NCBI GenBank assembly: GCA_964016885.1
Contig: OZ024743.1
Location: 223,944,001-224,008,000, forward strand
From: Eledone cirrhosa
Lineage: Eukaryota
DNA: 64,000 bases
Direction: 5' to 3'
The position numbers and the translations under genes are program-made. Below, one piece after another: positions 26,801-42,200 of this stretch. Position 1 is the stretch's first letter. Every line of letters starts with the position of its first letter. Below the pieces are notes generated by a model. The model had not been told where the DNA came from. It searched no databases and saw nothing but the letters and a program-made list of their open reading frames with translations.

Positions 26801-29800
26801 TGTTGTCATTGTTATTGGTGTTGATATTGTTGTTGTTGTCATTGTTATTGGTGTTGATATTGTTGTTGTTGTGGTTGTTATTGGTGTTGATATTGTTGTT
26901 GTTGTCGTTGTTATTGGTGTTGATATTGCTGTTGTTGTCATTGTTATTGGTGTTGATATTGTTGTTGTTGTGGTTGTTATTGGTGTTGATATTGTTGTTG
27001 TTGTCGTTGTTATTGGTGTTGATATTGCTGTTGTTGTCATTGTTATTGGTGTTGATATTGCTGTTGTTGTCATTGTTATTGGTGTTGATATTGTTGTTGT
27101 TGTCATTGTTATTGGTGTTGATATTGCTGTTGTTGTCATTGTTATTGGTGTTGATATTGCTGTTGTTGTCATTGTTATTGGTGTTGATATTGCTGTTGTT
27201 GTCATTGTTATTGGTGTTGATATTGCTGTTGTTGTCATTGTTATTGGTGTTGATATTGCTGTTGTTGTCGTTGTTATTGGTGTTGATATTGCTGTTGTTG
27301 TCGTTGTTATTGGTGTTGATATTGCTGTTGTTGTCGTTGTTATTGGTGTTGATATTGTTGTTGTTGTCGTTGTTATTGGTGTTGATATTGCTGTTGTTGT
27401 CCTTGTTATTGGTGTTGATATTGTTGTTGTTGTTGTCGTTGTTATTGGTGTTGATATTGTTGTTGTTGTCGTTGTTATTGGTGTTGATATTGTTGTTGTT
27501 GTCGTTGTTATTGGTGTTGATATTGCTGTTGTTGTCCTTGTTATTGGTGTTGATATTGCTGTTGTTGTCATTGTCATTGGTGGTGATATTGTTGTTGTTG
27601 TCGTTGTTATTGGTGTTGATATTGTTGTTGTTGTCATTGTTATTGGTGTTGATATTGCTGTTGTTGTCATTGTCATTGGTGGTGATATTGCTGTTGTTGT
27701 CATTGTTATTGGTGTTGATATTGTTGTTGTTGTCATTGTTATTGGTGGTGATATTGCTGTTGTTGTTATTGTTATTGGTGTTGATATTGCTGTTGTTGTG
27801 ATTGTCATTGGTGGTGATATTGTTGTTGTTGTCGTTGTTATTGGTGTTGATATTGTTGTTGTTGTCATTGTTATTGGTGTTGATATTGCTGTTGTTGTCA
27901 TTGTCATTGGTGGTGATATTGCTGTTGTTGTCATTGTTATTGGTGTTGATATTGTTGTTGTTGTCATTGTTATTGGTGGTGATATTGCTGTTGTTGTTAT
28001 TGTTATTGGTGTTGATATTGCTGTTGTTGTGATTGTTATTGGTGGTGATATTGTTGTTGTTGTCATTGTTATTGGTGTTGATATTGTTGTCATTGTTATT
28101 GGTGTTGATATTGTTGTTGTTGTCATTGTTATTGGTGGTGATATTGCTGTTGTTGTCATTGTCATTGGTGTTGATATTGCTGTTGTTGTCATTGTTATTG
28201 GTGTTGATATTGCTGTTGTTGTCGTTGTTATTGGTGTTGATATTGCTGTTGTTGTCATTGTTATTGGTATTGATATTGCTGTTGTTGTCGTTGTTATTGG
28301 TGTTGATATTGCTGTTGTTGTCATTGTTATTGGTGTTGATATTGTTGTTGTTGTCGTTGTTATTGGTGTTGATATTGTTGTTGTTGTCGTTGTTATTGGT
28401 GTTGATATTGCTGTTGTTGTCATTGTTATTGGTGTTGATATTGTTGTTGTTGTCGTTGTTATTGGTGTTGATATTGCTGTTGTTGTCATTGTTATTGGTG
28501 GTGATATTGCTGTTGTTGTCATTGTTATTGGTGGTGATATTGCTGTTGTTGTCATTGTTATTGGTGTTGATATTGTTGTTGTTGTCGTTGTTATTGGTGT
28601 TGATATTGTTGTTGTTGTTGTAGTTGTTATTGGTGGTGATATTGCTGTTGTTGTCATTGTTATTGATGTTGATATTGCTGTTGTTGTCGTTGTTATTGGT
28701 GTTGATATTGCAGTTGTTGTCATTGTTATTGGTATTGATATTGCTGTTGTTGTCATTGTTATTGGTGGTGATATTGCTGTTGTTGTCATTGTTATTGGTG
28801 TTGATATTGTTGTTGTTGTCGTTGTTATTGGTGTTGATATTGTTGTTGTTGTTGTAGTTGTTATTGGTGGTGATATTGCTGTTGTTGTCATTGTTATTGA
28901 TGTTGATATTGCTGTTGTTGTCGTTGTTATTGGTGTTGATATTGCAGTTGTTGTCATTGTTATTGGTATTGATATTGCTGTTGTTGTCATTGTTATTGGT
29001 GTTGATATTGCAGTTGTTGTCATTGTTATTGGTATTGATATTGCTGTTGTTGTCATTGTTATTGGTGTTGATATTGCTGTTGTTGTCGTTGTTTTTGGTG
29101 TTGATATTGCTGTTGGTGTCATTGTTATTGGTGGTGATATTGCTGTTGTTGTCATTGTTTTGGTGGTGATATTGCTTTTGTTGTTGTTGTTATTGGTGTT
29201 GATATTGCGGTTGTTGTCATTGTTATTGGTGTTGATATTGCTGTTGTTGTCATTGTTATTGGTGTTGATATTGTTGTTGTTATCATTGTTATTGGTGTTG
29301 ATATTGCTGTTGTTGTCATTGTTATTGGTGTTGATATTGCTTTTGTTGTTGCTGTTATTGGTGTTGATATTGCTGTTGTTGTCGTTGTTATTGGTGGTGA
29401 TATTGTTGTTGTTGTCGTTGTTATTGGTGTTGATATTGTTGTTGTTGTCGTTGTTATTGATGTTGATATTGCTGTTGTTGTCATTTTTATTGGTGTTGAT
29501 ATTGCTGTTGTTGTCATTGTTATTGGTGTTGATATTGCTGTTGTTGTTGTTATTGGTGTTGATATTGCTGTTGTTGTCATTGTTATTGGTGTTGATATTG
29601 CTGTTGTCGTTGTTATTGGTGGTGATATTGTTGTTGTCATTGTTATTGGTGTTGATATTGTTGTTGTTGTCATTGTTATTGGTGGCAATATTGCTGTTTT
29701 GTCATTGTTATTGGTGGTGATATTGTTGTTGTTTTCATTGTTATAGGTGGTGATATTGTTGTTGTTGTCATTGTTATTGGTGTTGATATTGTTGTTGTTG

Positions 29801-30299
29801 TCATTGTTATTGGTGTTGATATTGTTGTTGTTGTCGTTGTTATTGGTGTTGATATTGCTGTTGTTGTCATTGTTATTGGTGTTGATATTGCTGTTGTTGT
29901 CACTGTTATTGGTGTTGATATTGCTGTTTTTGTCGTTGTTATTGGTGTTGATATTGTTGTTGTTGTCATTGTTATTGGTGTTGATATTGTTGTTGTTGTC
30001 GTTGTTATTGGTGTTGATATTGTTGTTGTTGTCATTGTTATAGGTGGTGATATTGTTGTTGTTGTCGTTGTTATTGGTGGTGATATTGTTGTTGTTGTCG
30101 TTGTTATTGGTGTTGATATTGTTGTTGTCGTCATTGTTATTGGTGGTGATATTGCTGTTGTTGTCGTTGTTATTGGTGGTGATATTGCTGTTGTTGTCAT
30201 TGTTATTGGTGGTGATATTGTTGATGTTGTCGTTGTTATTGGTGTTGATATTACTGTTGTTGTCGTTGTTATTGGTGGTGATATTGCTGTTGTTTTCAT

Positions 30300-33200
30300 T
30301 GTTATTGGTGTTGATATTGCTGTTGTTGTTATTGTTATTGGTGTTGATATTGTTGTTGTTGTCATTGTTATTGGTGTTGATATTGTTGTTGTTGTCGGTG
30401 TTATTGGTGGTGATATTGTTGTTGTTGTCGTTGTTATTGGTGTTGATATTGCTATTGTTGTCGTTGTTATTGGTGGTGATATTGCTGTTGTTGTCATTGT
30501 TATTGGTGGTGATATTGTTGATGTTGTCGTTGTTATTGGTGTTGATATTACTGATGTTGTCATTGTTATTGGTGTTGATATTACTGTTGTTGTCATTGTT
30601 ATTGGTGGTGATATTGCTGTTGTTTTCATTGTTATTGGTGTTGATATTGCTGTTGTTGTCATTGTTATTGGTGGTGATATTGTTGTTGTTGTCGTTGTTA
30701 TTGGTGTTGATATTGCTGTTGTTGTCGTTGTTATTGGTGGTGATATTGCTGTTGTTGTTGTTGTTATTGGTGTTGATATTGTTGTTGTTGTCATTGTTAT
30801 TGGTGGTGATATTGCGGTTGTTGTCATTGTTATTGGTGTTGATATTGCTGTTGTTGTCGTTGTTATTGGTGGTGATATTGCTGTTGTTGTTGTTGTTATT
30901 GGTGTTGATATTGTTGTTGTTGTATTTGTTATTGCTTTGATATTGCTGTTGTTGTCATTGTTATTGGTGTTTATATTGCTGTTGTTGTCATTGTTATTGG
31001 TGTTGATATTGTTGTTATTGTAGTTGTTATTGGTGGTGATATTGCTGTTGTTGTCATTGTTATTGATGTTGATATTGCTGTTGTTGTCGTTGTTATTGGT
31101 GGTGATATTGCTGTTGTTGTCATTGTTATTGATGTTGATATTGCTGTTGTTGTCGTTGTTATTGGTGTTGATATTGCGGTTGTTGTCATTGTTATTGGTG
31201 TTGATATTGTTGTTGTTGTAGTTGTTATTGGTGGATATATTGCTGTTTTTGTCATCGTTATTGATGTTGATATTGCTGTTGTTGTCATTGTTATTGGTGT
31301 TGATATTGCTGTTGTTGTCGTTGTTATTGGTGTTGATATTGCTGTTGTTGTCCTTGTTATTGGTGTTGATATTGCGGTTGTTGTTATTGTTATTGGTGTT
31401 GATATTGCTGTTGTTGTTATTGTTATTGGTGTTGATATTGTTGTTGTTATCATTGTTATTGGTGTTGATATTGCTGTTGTTGTCATTGTTATTGGTGTTG
31501 ATATTGCTGTTGTTGTCGTTGTTATTGGTGGTGATATTGTTGTTGTTGTTGTTGTTATTGGTGTTGATATTGTTGTTGTTGTTGTTGTTATTGGTGTTGA
31601 TATTGCTGTTGTTGTCCTTGTTATTGGTGTTGATATTGCTGTTGTTGTCGTTGTTATTGGTGTTGATATTGCGGTTGTTGTCATTGTTATTGGTGTTGAT
31701 ATTGCTGATGTTGTCATTGTTATTGGTGTTGATATTGTTGTTGTTATCATTGTTATTGGTGTTGATATTGCTGTTGTTGTCATTGTTATTGGTGTTGATA
31801 TTGCTTTTGTTGTCATTGTTATTGGTGGTGATATTGTTGTTGTTATCATTGTTATTGGTGTTGATATTGCTGTTGTTGTTATTGTTATTGGTGTTGATAT
31901 TGTTGTTGTTATCATTGTTATTGGTGTTGATATTGCTGTTGTTGTTATTGTTATTGGTGTTGATATTGTTGTTGTTATCATTGTTATTGGTGTTGATATT
32001 GCTGTTGTTGTCATTGTTATTGGTGTTGATATTGCTGATGTTGTCATTGTTATTGGTGTTGATATTGTTGTTGTTATCATTGTTATTGGTGTTGATATTG
32101 CTGTTGTTGTTATTGTTATTGGTGTTGATATTGTTGTTGTTATCATTGTTATTGGTGTTGATATTGCTGTTGTTGTCATTGTTATTGGTGTTGATATTGC
32201 TTTTGTTGTCATTGTTATTGGTGTTGATATTGCTTTTGTTGTCATTGTTATTGGTGGTGATATTGCTTTTGTTGTCATTGTTATTGGTGTTGATATTGCT
32301 GTTGTTGTCATTGTTATTGGTGTTGATATTGCTGTTGTTGTCATTGTTATTGGTGTTGATATTGCTTTTGTTGTCATTGTTATTGGTGGTGATATTGCTG
32401 TTGTTGTCGTTGTTATTGGTGTTGATATTGCTGTTGTTGTCATTGTTATTGGTGTTGATATTGCTTTTGTTGTCATTATTATTGGTGGTGATATTGCTGT
32501 TGTTGTCATTGTTATTGGTGTTGATATTGCTGTTGTTGTCGTTGTTATTGGTGGTGATATTGTTGTTGTTGTCGTTGTTATTGATGTTGATATTGCTGTT
32601 GTTGTTGTTATTGGTGTTGATATTGCTGTTGTTGTCATTGTTATTGGTGGTGATATTGTTGTTGTTGTCGTTGTTATTGGTGTTGATATTGCTGTTGTTG
32701 TTATTGTTATTGGTGTTGATATTGTTGTTGTTGTCATTGTTATTGGTGTTGATATTGTTGTTGTTGTCGGTGTTATTGGTGGTGATATTGTTGTTGTTGT
32801 CGTTGTTATTGGTGTTGATATTGCTATTGTTGTCGTTGTTATTGGTGGTGATATTGCTGTTGTTGTCATTGTTATTGGTGGTGATATTGTTGATGTTGTC
32901 GTTGTTATTGGTGTTGATATTACTGATGTTGTCGTTGTTATTGGTGTTGATATTACTGTTGTTGTCATTGTTATTGGTGGTGATATTGCTGTTGTTTTCA
33001 TTGTTATTGGTGTTGATATTGCTGTTGTTGTCATTGTTATTGGTGGTGATATTGTTGTTGTTGTCGTTGTTATTGGTGTTGATATTGCGGTTGTTGTCAT
33101 TGTTATTGGTGTTGATATTGCTGTTGTTGTCGTTGTTATTGGTGGTGATATTGCTGTTGTTGTTGTTGTTATTGGTGTTGATATTGTTGTTGTTGTATTT

Positions 33201-36200
33201 GTTATTGCTTTGATATTGCTGTTGTTGTCATTGTTATTGGTGTTTATATTGCTGTTGTTGTCATTGTTATTGGTGTTGATATTGTTGTTATTGTAGTTGT
33301 TATTGGTGGTGATATTGCTGTTGTTGTCATTGTTATTGATGTTGATATTGCTGTTGTTGTCGTTGTTATTGGTGGTGATATTGCTGTTGTTGTCATTGTT
33401 ATTGATGTTGATATTGCTGTTGTTGTCGTTGTTATTGGTGTTGATATTGCGGTTGTTGTCATTGTTATTGGTGTTGATATTGTTGTTGTTGTAGTTGTTA
33501 TTGGTGGTGATATTGCTGTTTTTGTCATCGTTATTGATGTTGATATTGCTGTTGTTGTCATTGTTATTGGTGTTGATATTGCTGTTGTTGTCGTTGTTAT
33601 TGGTGTTGATATTGCTGTTGTTGTCCTTGTTATTAGTGTTGATATTGCGGTTGTTGTTATTGTTATTGGTGTTGATATTGCTGTTGTTGTTATTGTTATT
33701 GGTGTTGATATTGTTGTTGTTATCATTGTTATTGGTGTTGATATTGCTGTTGTTGTCATTGTTATTGGTGTTGATATTGCTGTTGTTGTCGTTGTTATTG
33801 CTGGTGATATTGTTGTTGTTGTCGTTGTTATTGGTGTTGATATTGTTGTTGTTGTTGTTGTTATTGGTGTTGATATTGCTGTTGTTGTCCTTGTTATTGG
33901 TGTTGATATTGCTGTTGTTGTCGTTGTTATTGGTGTTGATATTGCGGTTGTTGTCATTGTTATTGGTGTTGATATTGCTGATGTTGTCATTGTTATTGGT
34001 GTTGATATTGTTGTTGTTATCATTGTTATTGGTGTTGATATTGCTGTTGTTGTCATTGTTATTGGTGTTGATATTGCTTTTGTTGTCATTGTTATTGGTG
34101 GTGATATTGTTGTTGTTATCATTGTTATTGGTGTTGATATTGCTGTTGTTGTTATTGTTATTGGTGTTGATATTGTTGTTGTTATCATTGTTATTGGTGT
34201 TGATATTGCTGTTGTTGTTATTGTTATTGGTGTTGATATTGTTGTTGTTATCATTGTTATTGGTGTTGATATTGCTGTTGTTGTCATTGTTATTGGTGTT
34301 GATATTGCTGATGTTGTCATTGTTATTGGTGTTGATATTGTTGTTGTTATCATTGTTATTGGTGTTGATATTGCTGTTGTTGTTATTGTTATTGGTGTTG
34401 ATATTGTTGTTGTTATCATTGTTATTGGTGTTGATATTGCTGTTGTTGTCATTGTTATTGGTGTTGATATTGCTGATGTTGTCATTGTTATTGGTGTTGA
34501 TATTGTTGTTGTTATCATTGTTATTGGTGTTGATATTGCTGTTGTTGTCATTGTTATTGGTGTTGATATTGCTTTTGTTGTCATTGTTATTGGTGTTGAT
34601 ATTGCTTTTGTTGTCATTGTTATTGGTGGTGATATTGCTTTTGTTGTCATTTTTATTGGTGTTGATATTGCTGTTGTTGTCATTGTTATTGGTGTTGATA
34701 TTGCTGTTGTTGTCATTGTTATTGGTGTTGATATTGCTTTTGTTGTCATTGTTATTGGTGGTGATATTGCTATTGTTGTCATTGTTATTGGTGTTGATAT
34801 TGCTGTTGTTGTCATTGTTATTGGTGTTGATATTGCTTTTGTTGTCATTATTATTGGTGGTGATATTGCTGTTGTTGTCATTGTTATTGGTGTTGATATT
34901 GCTGTTGTTGTCGTTGTTATTGGTGGTGATATTGTTGTTGTTGTCGTTGTTATTGATGTTGATATTGCTGTTGTTGTTGTTATTGGTGTTGATATTGCTG
35001 TTGTTGTCATTGTTATTGGTGGTGATATTGTTGTTGTTGTCGTTGTTATTGGTGTTGATATTGCTGTTGTTGTGGTTGTTATTGGTGTTGATATTGTTGT
35101 TGTTGTCATTGTTATTGGTGTTGATATTGATGTTGTTGTCGTTGTTATTGGTGTTGATATTGTTGTTGTTGTCATTGTTATAGGTGGTGATATTGTCGTT
35201 GTTGTCGTTGTTATTGGTGGTGATATTGTTGTTGTTGTCGTTGTTATTGGTGTTGATATTGCTGTTGTTGTCGTTGTTATTGGTGGTGATATTGCTGTTG
35301 TTGTCATTGTTATTGGTGGTGATATTGTTGATGTTGTCGTTGTTATTGGTGTTGATATTACTGTTGTTGTCGTTATTATTGGTGGTGATATTGCTGTTGT
35401 TTTCATTGTTATTGGTGTTGATATTGCTGTTGTTGTTATTGTTATTGGTGTTGATATTGTTGTTGTTGTCATTGTTATTGGTGTTGATATTGTTGTTGTT
35501 GTCGTTGTTATTGGTGGTGATATTGCTGTTGTTGTCATTGTTATTGGTGGTGATATTGTTGTTGTTGTCGTTGTTATAGGTGTTGATATTGCGGTTGTTG
35601 TCATTGTTATTGGTGTTGATATTGCTGTTGTTGTCGTTGTTATTGGTGGTGATATTGCTGTTGTTGTCGTTGTTATTGCTGGTGATATTGTTGTTGTTGT
35701 CATTGTTATTTGTGTTGATATTGTTGTTGTTGTCGTTGTTATTGGTGTTGATATTGCTGTTGTTGTCGTTGTTATTGGTGGTGATATTGCTGTTGTTGTA
35801 GTTGTTATTGGTGTTGATATTGTTGTTGTTGTCGTTGTTATTGGTGTTGATATTGCTGTTGTTGTCATTGTTATTGGTGTTGATATTGCTGTTGTTGTCA
35901 TTGTTATTGGTGGTGATATTGCTGTTGTTGTCGTTGTTATTGGTGTTGATATTGCTGTTGTTGTCATTGTTATTGGTGGTGATATTGCTGTTGTTGTCGT
36001 TGTTATTGGTGTTGATATTGCTGTTGTTGTCATTGTTATTGGTGTTGATATTGTTGTTGTTGTCATTGTTATTGGTGGTGATATTGCTGTTGTTGTTATT
36101 GTTATTGGTGTTGATATTGTTGTTGTTGTCATTGTTATTGGTGTTGATATTGTTGTTGTTGTCGGTGTTATTGGTGGTGATATTGTTGTTGTTGTCGTTG

Positions 36201-39200
36201 TTATTGGTGTTGATATTGCTATTGTTGTCGTTGTTATTGGTGGTGATATTGCTGTTGTTGTCATTGTTATTGGTGGTGATATTGTTGATGTTGTCGTTGT
36301 TATTGGTGTTGATATTACTGATGTTGTCGTTGTTATTGGTGTTGATATTACTGTTGTTGTCATTGTTATTGGTGGTGATATTGCTGTTGTTTTCATTGTT
36401 ATTGGTGTTGATATTGCTGTTGTTGTCATTGTTATTGGTGGTGATATTGTTGTTGTTGTCGTTGTTATTGGTGTTGATATTGCGGTTGTTGTCATTGTTA
36501 TTGGTGTTGATATTGCTGTTGTTGTCATTGTTATTGGTGTTGATATTGCTGTTGTTGTCGTTGTTATTGGTGGTGATATTGCTGTTGTTGTTGTTGTTAT
36601 TGGTGTTGATATTGTTGTTGTTGTATTTGTTATTGCTTTGATATTGCTGTTGTTGTCATTGTTATTGGTGTTTATATTGCTGTTGTTGTCATTGTTATTG
36701 GTGTTGATATTGTTGTTATTGTAGTTGTTATTGGTGGTGATATTGCTGTTGTTGTCATTGTTATTGATGTTGATATTGCTGTTGTTGTCGTTGTTATTGG
36801 TGGTGATATTGCTGTTGTTGTCATTGTTATTGATGTTGATATTGCTGTTGTTGTCGTTGTTATTGGTGTTGATATTGCGGTTGTTGTCATTGTTATTGGT
36901 GTTGATATTGTTGTTGTTGTAGTTGTTATTGGTGGTGATATTGCTGTTTTTGTCATCGTTATTGATGTTGATATTGCTGTTGTTGTCATTGTTATTGGTG
37001 TTGATATTGCTGTTGTTGTCGTTGTTATTGGTGTTGATATTGCTGTTGTTGTCCTTGTTATTAGTGTTGATATTGCGGTTGTTGTTATTGTTATTGGTGT
37101 TGATATTGCTGTTGTTGTTATTGTTATTGGTGTTGATATTGTTGTTGTTATCATTGTTATTGGTGTTGATATTGCTGTTGTTGTCATTGTTATTGGTGTT
37201 GATATTGCTGTTGTTGTCGTTGTTATTGCTGGTGATATTGTTGTTGTTGTCGTTGTTATTGGTGTTGATATTGTTGTTGTTGTTGTTGTTATTGGTGTTG
37301 ATATTGCTGTTGTTGTCCTTGTTATTGGTGTTGATATTGCTGTTGTTGTCGTTGTTATTGGTGTTGATATTGCGGTTGTTGTCATTGTTATTGGTGTTGA
37401 TATTGCTGATGTTGTCATTGTTATTGGTGTTGATATTGTTGTTGTTATCATTGTTATTGGTGTTGATATTGCTGTTGTTGTCATTGTTATTGGTGTTGAT
37501 ATTGCTTTTGTTGTCATTGTTATTGGTGGTGATATTGTTGTTGTTATCATTGTTATTGGTGTTGATATTGCTGTTGTTGTTATTGTTATTGGTGTTGATA
37601 TTGTTGTTGTTATCATTGTTATTGGTGTTGATATTGCTGTTGTTGTTATTGTTATTGGTGTTGATATTGTTGTTGTTATCATTGTTATTGGTGTTGATAT
37701 TGCTGTTGTTGTCATTGTTATTGGTGTTGATATTGCTGATGTTGTCATTGTTATTGGTGTTGATATTGTTGTTGTTATCATTGTTATTGGTGTTGATATT
37801 GCTGTTGTTGTTATTGTTATTGGTGTTGATATTGTTGTTGTTATCATTGTTATTGGTGTTGATATTGCTGTTGTTGTCATTGTTATTGGTGTTGATATTG
37901 CTGATGTTGTCATTGTTATTGGTGTTGATATTGTTGTTGTTATCATTGTTATTGGTGTTGATATTGCTGTTGTTGTCATTGTTATTGGTGTTGATATTGC
38001 TTTTGTTGTCATTGTTATTGGTGTTGATATTGCTTTTGTTGTCATTGTTATTGGTGGTGATATTGCTTTTGTTGTCATTTTTATTGGTGTTGATATTGCT
38101 GTTGTTGTCATTGTTATTGGTGTTGATATTGCTGTTGTTGTCATTGTTATTGGTGTTGATATTGCTTTTGTTGTCATTGTTATTGGTGGTGATATTGCTA
38201 TTGTTGTCATTGTTATTGGTGTTGATATTGCTGTTGTTGTCATTGTTATTGGTGTTGATATTGCTTTTGTTGTCATTATTATTGGTGGTGATATTGCTGT
38301 TGTTGTCATTGTTATTGGTGTTGATATTGCTGTTGTTGTCGTTGTTATTGGTGGTGATATTGTTGTTGTTGTCGTTGTTATTGATGTTGATATTGCTGTT
38401 GTTGTTGTTATTGGTGTTGATATTGCTGTTGTTGTCATTGTTATTGGTGGTGATATTGTTGTTGTTGTCGTTGTTATTGGTGTTGATATTGCTGTTGTTG
38501 TGGTTGTTATTGGTGTTGATATTGTTGTTGTTGTCATTGTTATTGGTGTTGATATTGATGTTGTTGTCGTTGTTATTGGTGTTGATATTGTTGTTGTTGT
38601 CATTGTTATAGGTGGTGATATTGTCGTTGTTGTCGTTGTTATTGGTGGTGATATTGTTGTTGTTGTCGTTGTTATTGGTGTTGATATTGCTGTTGTTGTC
38701 GTTGTTATTGGTGGTGATATTGCTGTTGTTGTCATTGTTATTGGTGGTGATATTGTTGATGTTGTCGTTGTTATTGGTGTTGATATTACTGTTGTTGTCG
38801 TTATTATTGGTGGTGATATTGCTGTTGTTTTCATTGTTATTGGTGTTGATATTGCTGTTGTTGTTATTGTTATTGGTGTTGATATTGTTGTTGTTGTCAT
38901 TGTTATTGGTGTTGATATTGTTGTTGTTGTCGTTGTTATTGGTGGTGATATTGCTGTTGTTGTCATTGTTATTGGTGGTGATATTGTTGTTGTTGTCGTT
39001 GTTATAGGTGTTGATATTGCGGTTGTTGTCATTGTTATTGGTGTTGATATTGCTGTTGTTGTCGTTGTTATTGGTGGTGATATTGCTGTTGTTGTCGTTG
39101 TTATTGCTGGTGATATTGTTGTTGTTGTCATTGTTATTTGTGTTGATATTGCTGTTGTTGTCGTTGTTATTGGTGTTGATATTGCTGTTGTTGTCGTTGT

Positions 39201-42200
39201 TATTGGTGGTGATATTGCTGTTGTTGTAGTTGTTATTGGTGGTGATATTGCTGTTGTTGTCGTTGTTATTGGTGTTGATATTGCTGTTGTTGTCATTGTT
39301 ATTGGTGGTGATATTGCTGTTGTTGTCGTTGTTATTGGTGTTGATATTGCTGTTGTTGTCATTGTTATTGGTGTTGATATTGTTGTTGTTGTCATTGTTA
39401 TTGGTGGTGATATTGTTGTTGTTGTCGTTGTTATTGGTGTTGATATTGCGGTTGTTGTCATTGTTATTGGTGTTGATATTTCTGTTGTTGTCATTGTTAT
39501 TGGTGTTGATATTGTTGTTGTTGTCGTTGTTATTGGTGTTGATATTGCTGTTGTTGTCATTGTTATTGGTGTTGATATTGCTGTTGTTGTCGTTGTTATT
39601 GGTGTTGATATTGCTGTTGTTGTCATTGTTATTGGTGTTGATATTGCTTTTGTTGTCATTGTTATTGGTGTTGATATTGCTGTTGTTGTCGTTGTTATTG
39701 GTGTTGATATTGTTGTTGTTGTCATTGTTATTGGTGTTGATATTGTTGTTGTTGTCGTTGTTATTGGTGTTGATATTGTTGTTGTTGTCATTGTTATAGG
39801 TGGTGATATTGTCGTTGTTGTCGTTGTTATTGGTGGTGATATTGTTGTTGTTGTCGTTGTTATTGGTGTTGATATTGCTGTTGTTGTCATTGTTATTGGT
39901 GGTGATATTGTTGTTGTTGTCATTGTTATTGGTGTTGATATTGTTGTTGTTGTCGTTGTTATTGGTGTTGATATTGCTGTTGTTGTCATTGTTATTGGTG
40001 TTGATATTGCTGTTGTTGTCATTGTTATTGGTGGTGATATTGTTGTTGTTGTCGTTGTTATTGGTGTTGATATTGCTGTTGTTGTCATTGTTATTGTTGG
40101 TGATATTGTTGTTGTTGTCATTGTTATTGGTGTTGATATTGTTGTTGTTGTCGTTGTTATTGGTGTTGATATTGCTGTTGTTGTCATTGTTATTGGTGTT
40201 GATATTGCTGTTGTTGTCGTTGTTATTGGTGGTGATATTGCTGTTGTTTTCATTGTTATTGGTGTTGATATTGTTGTTGTTGTCGTTGTTATTGGTGTTG
40301 ATATTGCTGTTGTTGTCATTGTTATTGGTGTTGATATTGCTGTTGTTGTCATTGTTATTGGTGTTGATATTGTTGTTGTTGTCATTGTTATTGGTGTTGA
40401 TATCGTTGTTGTTGTCGTTGTTATTGGTGTTGATATTGCTGTTGTTGTCATTGTTATTGGTGTTGATATTGTTGTTGTTGTCATTGTTATTGGTGGTGAT
40501 ATAGGCTGTTGTTGTCGTTGTTATTGGTGTTGATATTGCTGTTGTTGTCATTGTTATTGTTGTTGATATTGCTGTTGTTGTCGTTGTTATTGGTGTTGAT
40601 ATTGTTGTTGTTGTCATTGTTATTGGTGTTTATATTGCTGTTGTTGTCATTGTTATTGGTGGTGATATTGCTGTTGTTGTCATTGTTATTGGTGTTGATA
40701 TTGTTGTTGTTGTCATTGTTATTGGTTTTGATATTGTTGTCATTGTTATTGGTGTTTATATTGCTGTTGTTGTCTTTGTTATTGGTGGTGATATTATAGT
40801 TGTTGTCATTGTTATTGCTGTTGATATTGTTGTCATTGTTATTGGTGTTGATATTGTTGTTGTTGTCATTGTTATTGGTGGTGATATTGCTGTTGTTGTC
40901 ATTGTTATTGGTGGTGATATTGCTGTTGTTGTCATTGTTATTGGTGTTGATATTGTTGTTGTTGTCGTTGTTATTGGTGGTGATATTGCTTTTGTTGTCA
41001 TTGTTATTGGTGTTGATATTGCTGTTGTTGTCATTGTTATTGGTGTTGATATTGCTGTTGTTGTCATTGTTATTGGTGTTGATATTGCTTTTGTTGTCAT
41101 TGTTATTGGTGGTGATATTGCTATTGTTGTCATTGTTATTGGTGTTGATATTGCTGTTGTTGTCATTGTTATTGGTGGTGATATTGTTGTTGTTGTCGTT
41201 GTTATTGGTGTTGATATTGCTGTTGTTGTCGTTGTTATTGGTGTTGATATTGTTGTTGTTGTCATTGTTATTGGTGTTGATATTGATGTTGTTGTCGTTG
41301 TTATTGGTGTTGATATTGTTGTTGTTGTCATTGTTATAGGTGGTGATATTGTCGTTGTTGTCGTTGTTATTGGTGGTGATATTGTTGTTGTTGTCGTTGT
41401 TATTGGTGTTGATATTGCTGTTGTTGTCGTTGTTATTGGTGGTGATATTGCTGTTGTTGTCATTGTTATTGGTGGTGATATTGTTGATGTTGTCGTTGTT
41501 ATTGGTGTTGATATTACTGTTGTTGTCGTTGTTATTGGTGGTTGATATTGCTGTTGTTTTCATTGTTATTGGTGTTGATATTGCTGTTGTTGTTATTGTT
41601 ATTGGTGTTGATATTGTTGTTGTTGTCATTGTTATTGGTGTTGATATTGTTGTTGTTGTCGTTGTTATTGGTGTTGATATTGCTGTTGTTGTTATTGTTA
41701 TTGGTGTTGATATTGTTGTTGTTGTCATTGTTATTGGTGTTGATATTGTTGTTGTTGTCGTTGTTATTGGTGGTGATATTGCTGTTGTTGTCATTGTTAT
41801 TGGTAGTGATATTGTTGTTGTTGTCGTTGTTATAGGTGTTGATATTGCGGTTGTTGTCATTGTTATTGGTGTTGATATTGCTGTTGTTGTCGTTGTTATT
41901 GGTGGTGATATTGCTGTTGTTGTCGTTGTTATTGCTGGTGATATTGTTGTTGTTGTCATTGTTATTGGTGTTGATATTGCTGTTGTTGTCGTTGTTATTG
42001 GTGTTGATATTGCTGTTGTTGTCGTTGTTATTGGTGGTGATATTGCTGTTGTTGTAGTTGTTATTGGTGGTGATATTGCTGTTGTTGTCGTTGTTATTGG
42101 TGTTGATATTGCTGTTGTTGTCATTGTTATTGGTGGTGATATTGCTGTTGTTGTCGTTGTTATTGGTGTTGATATTGCTGTTGTTGTCATTGTTATTGGT

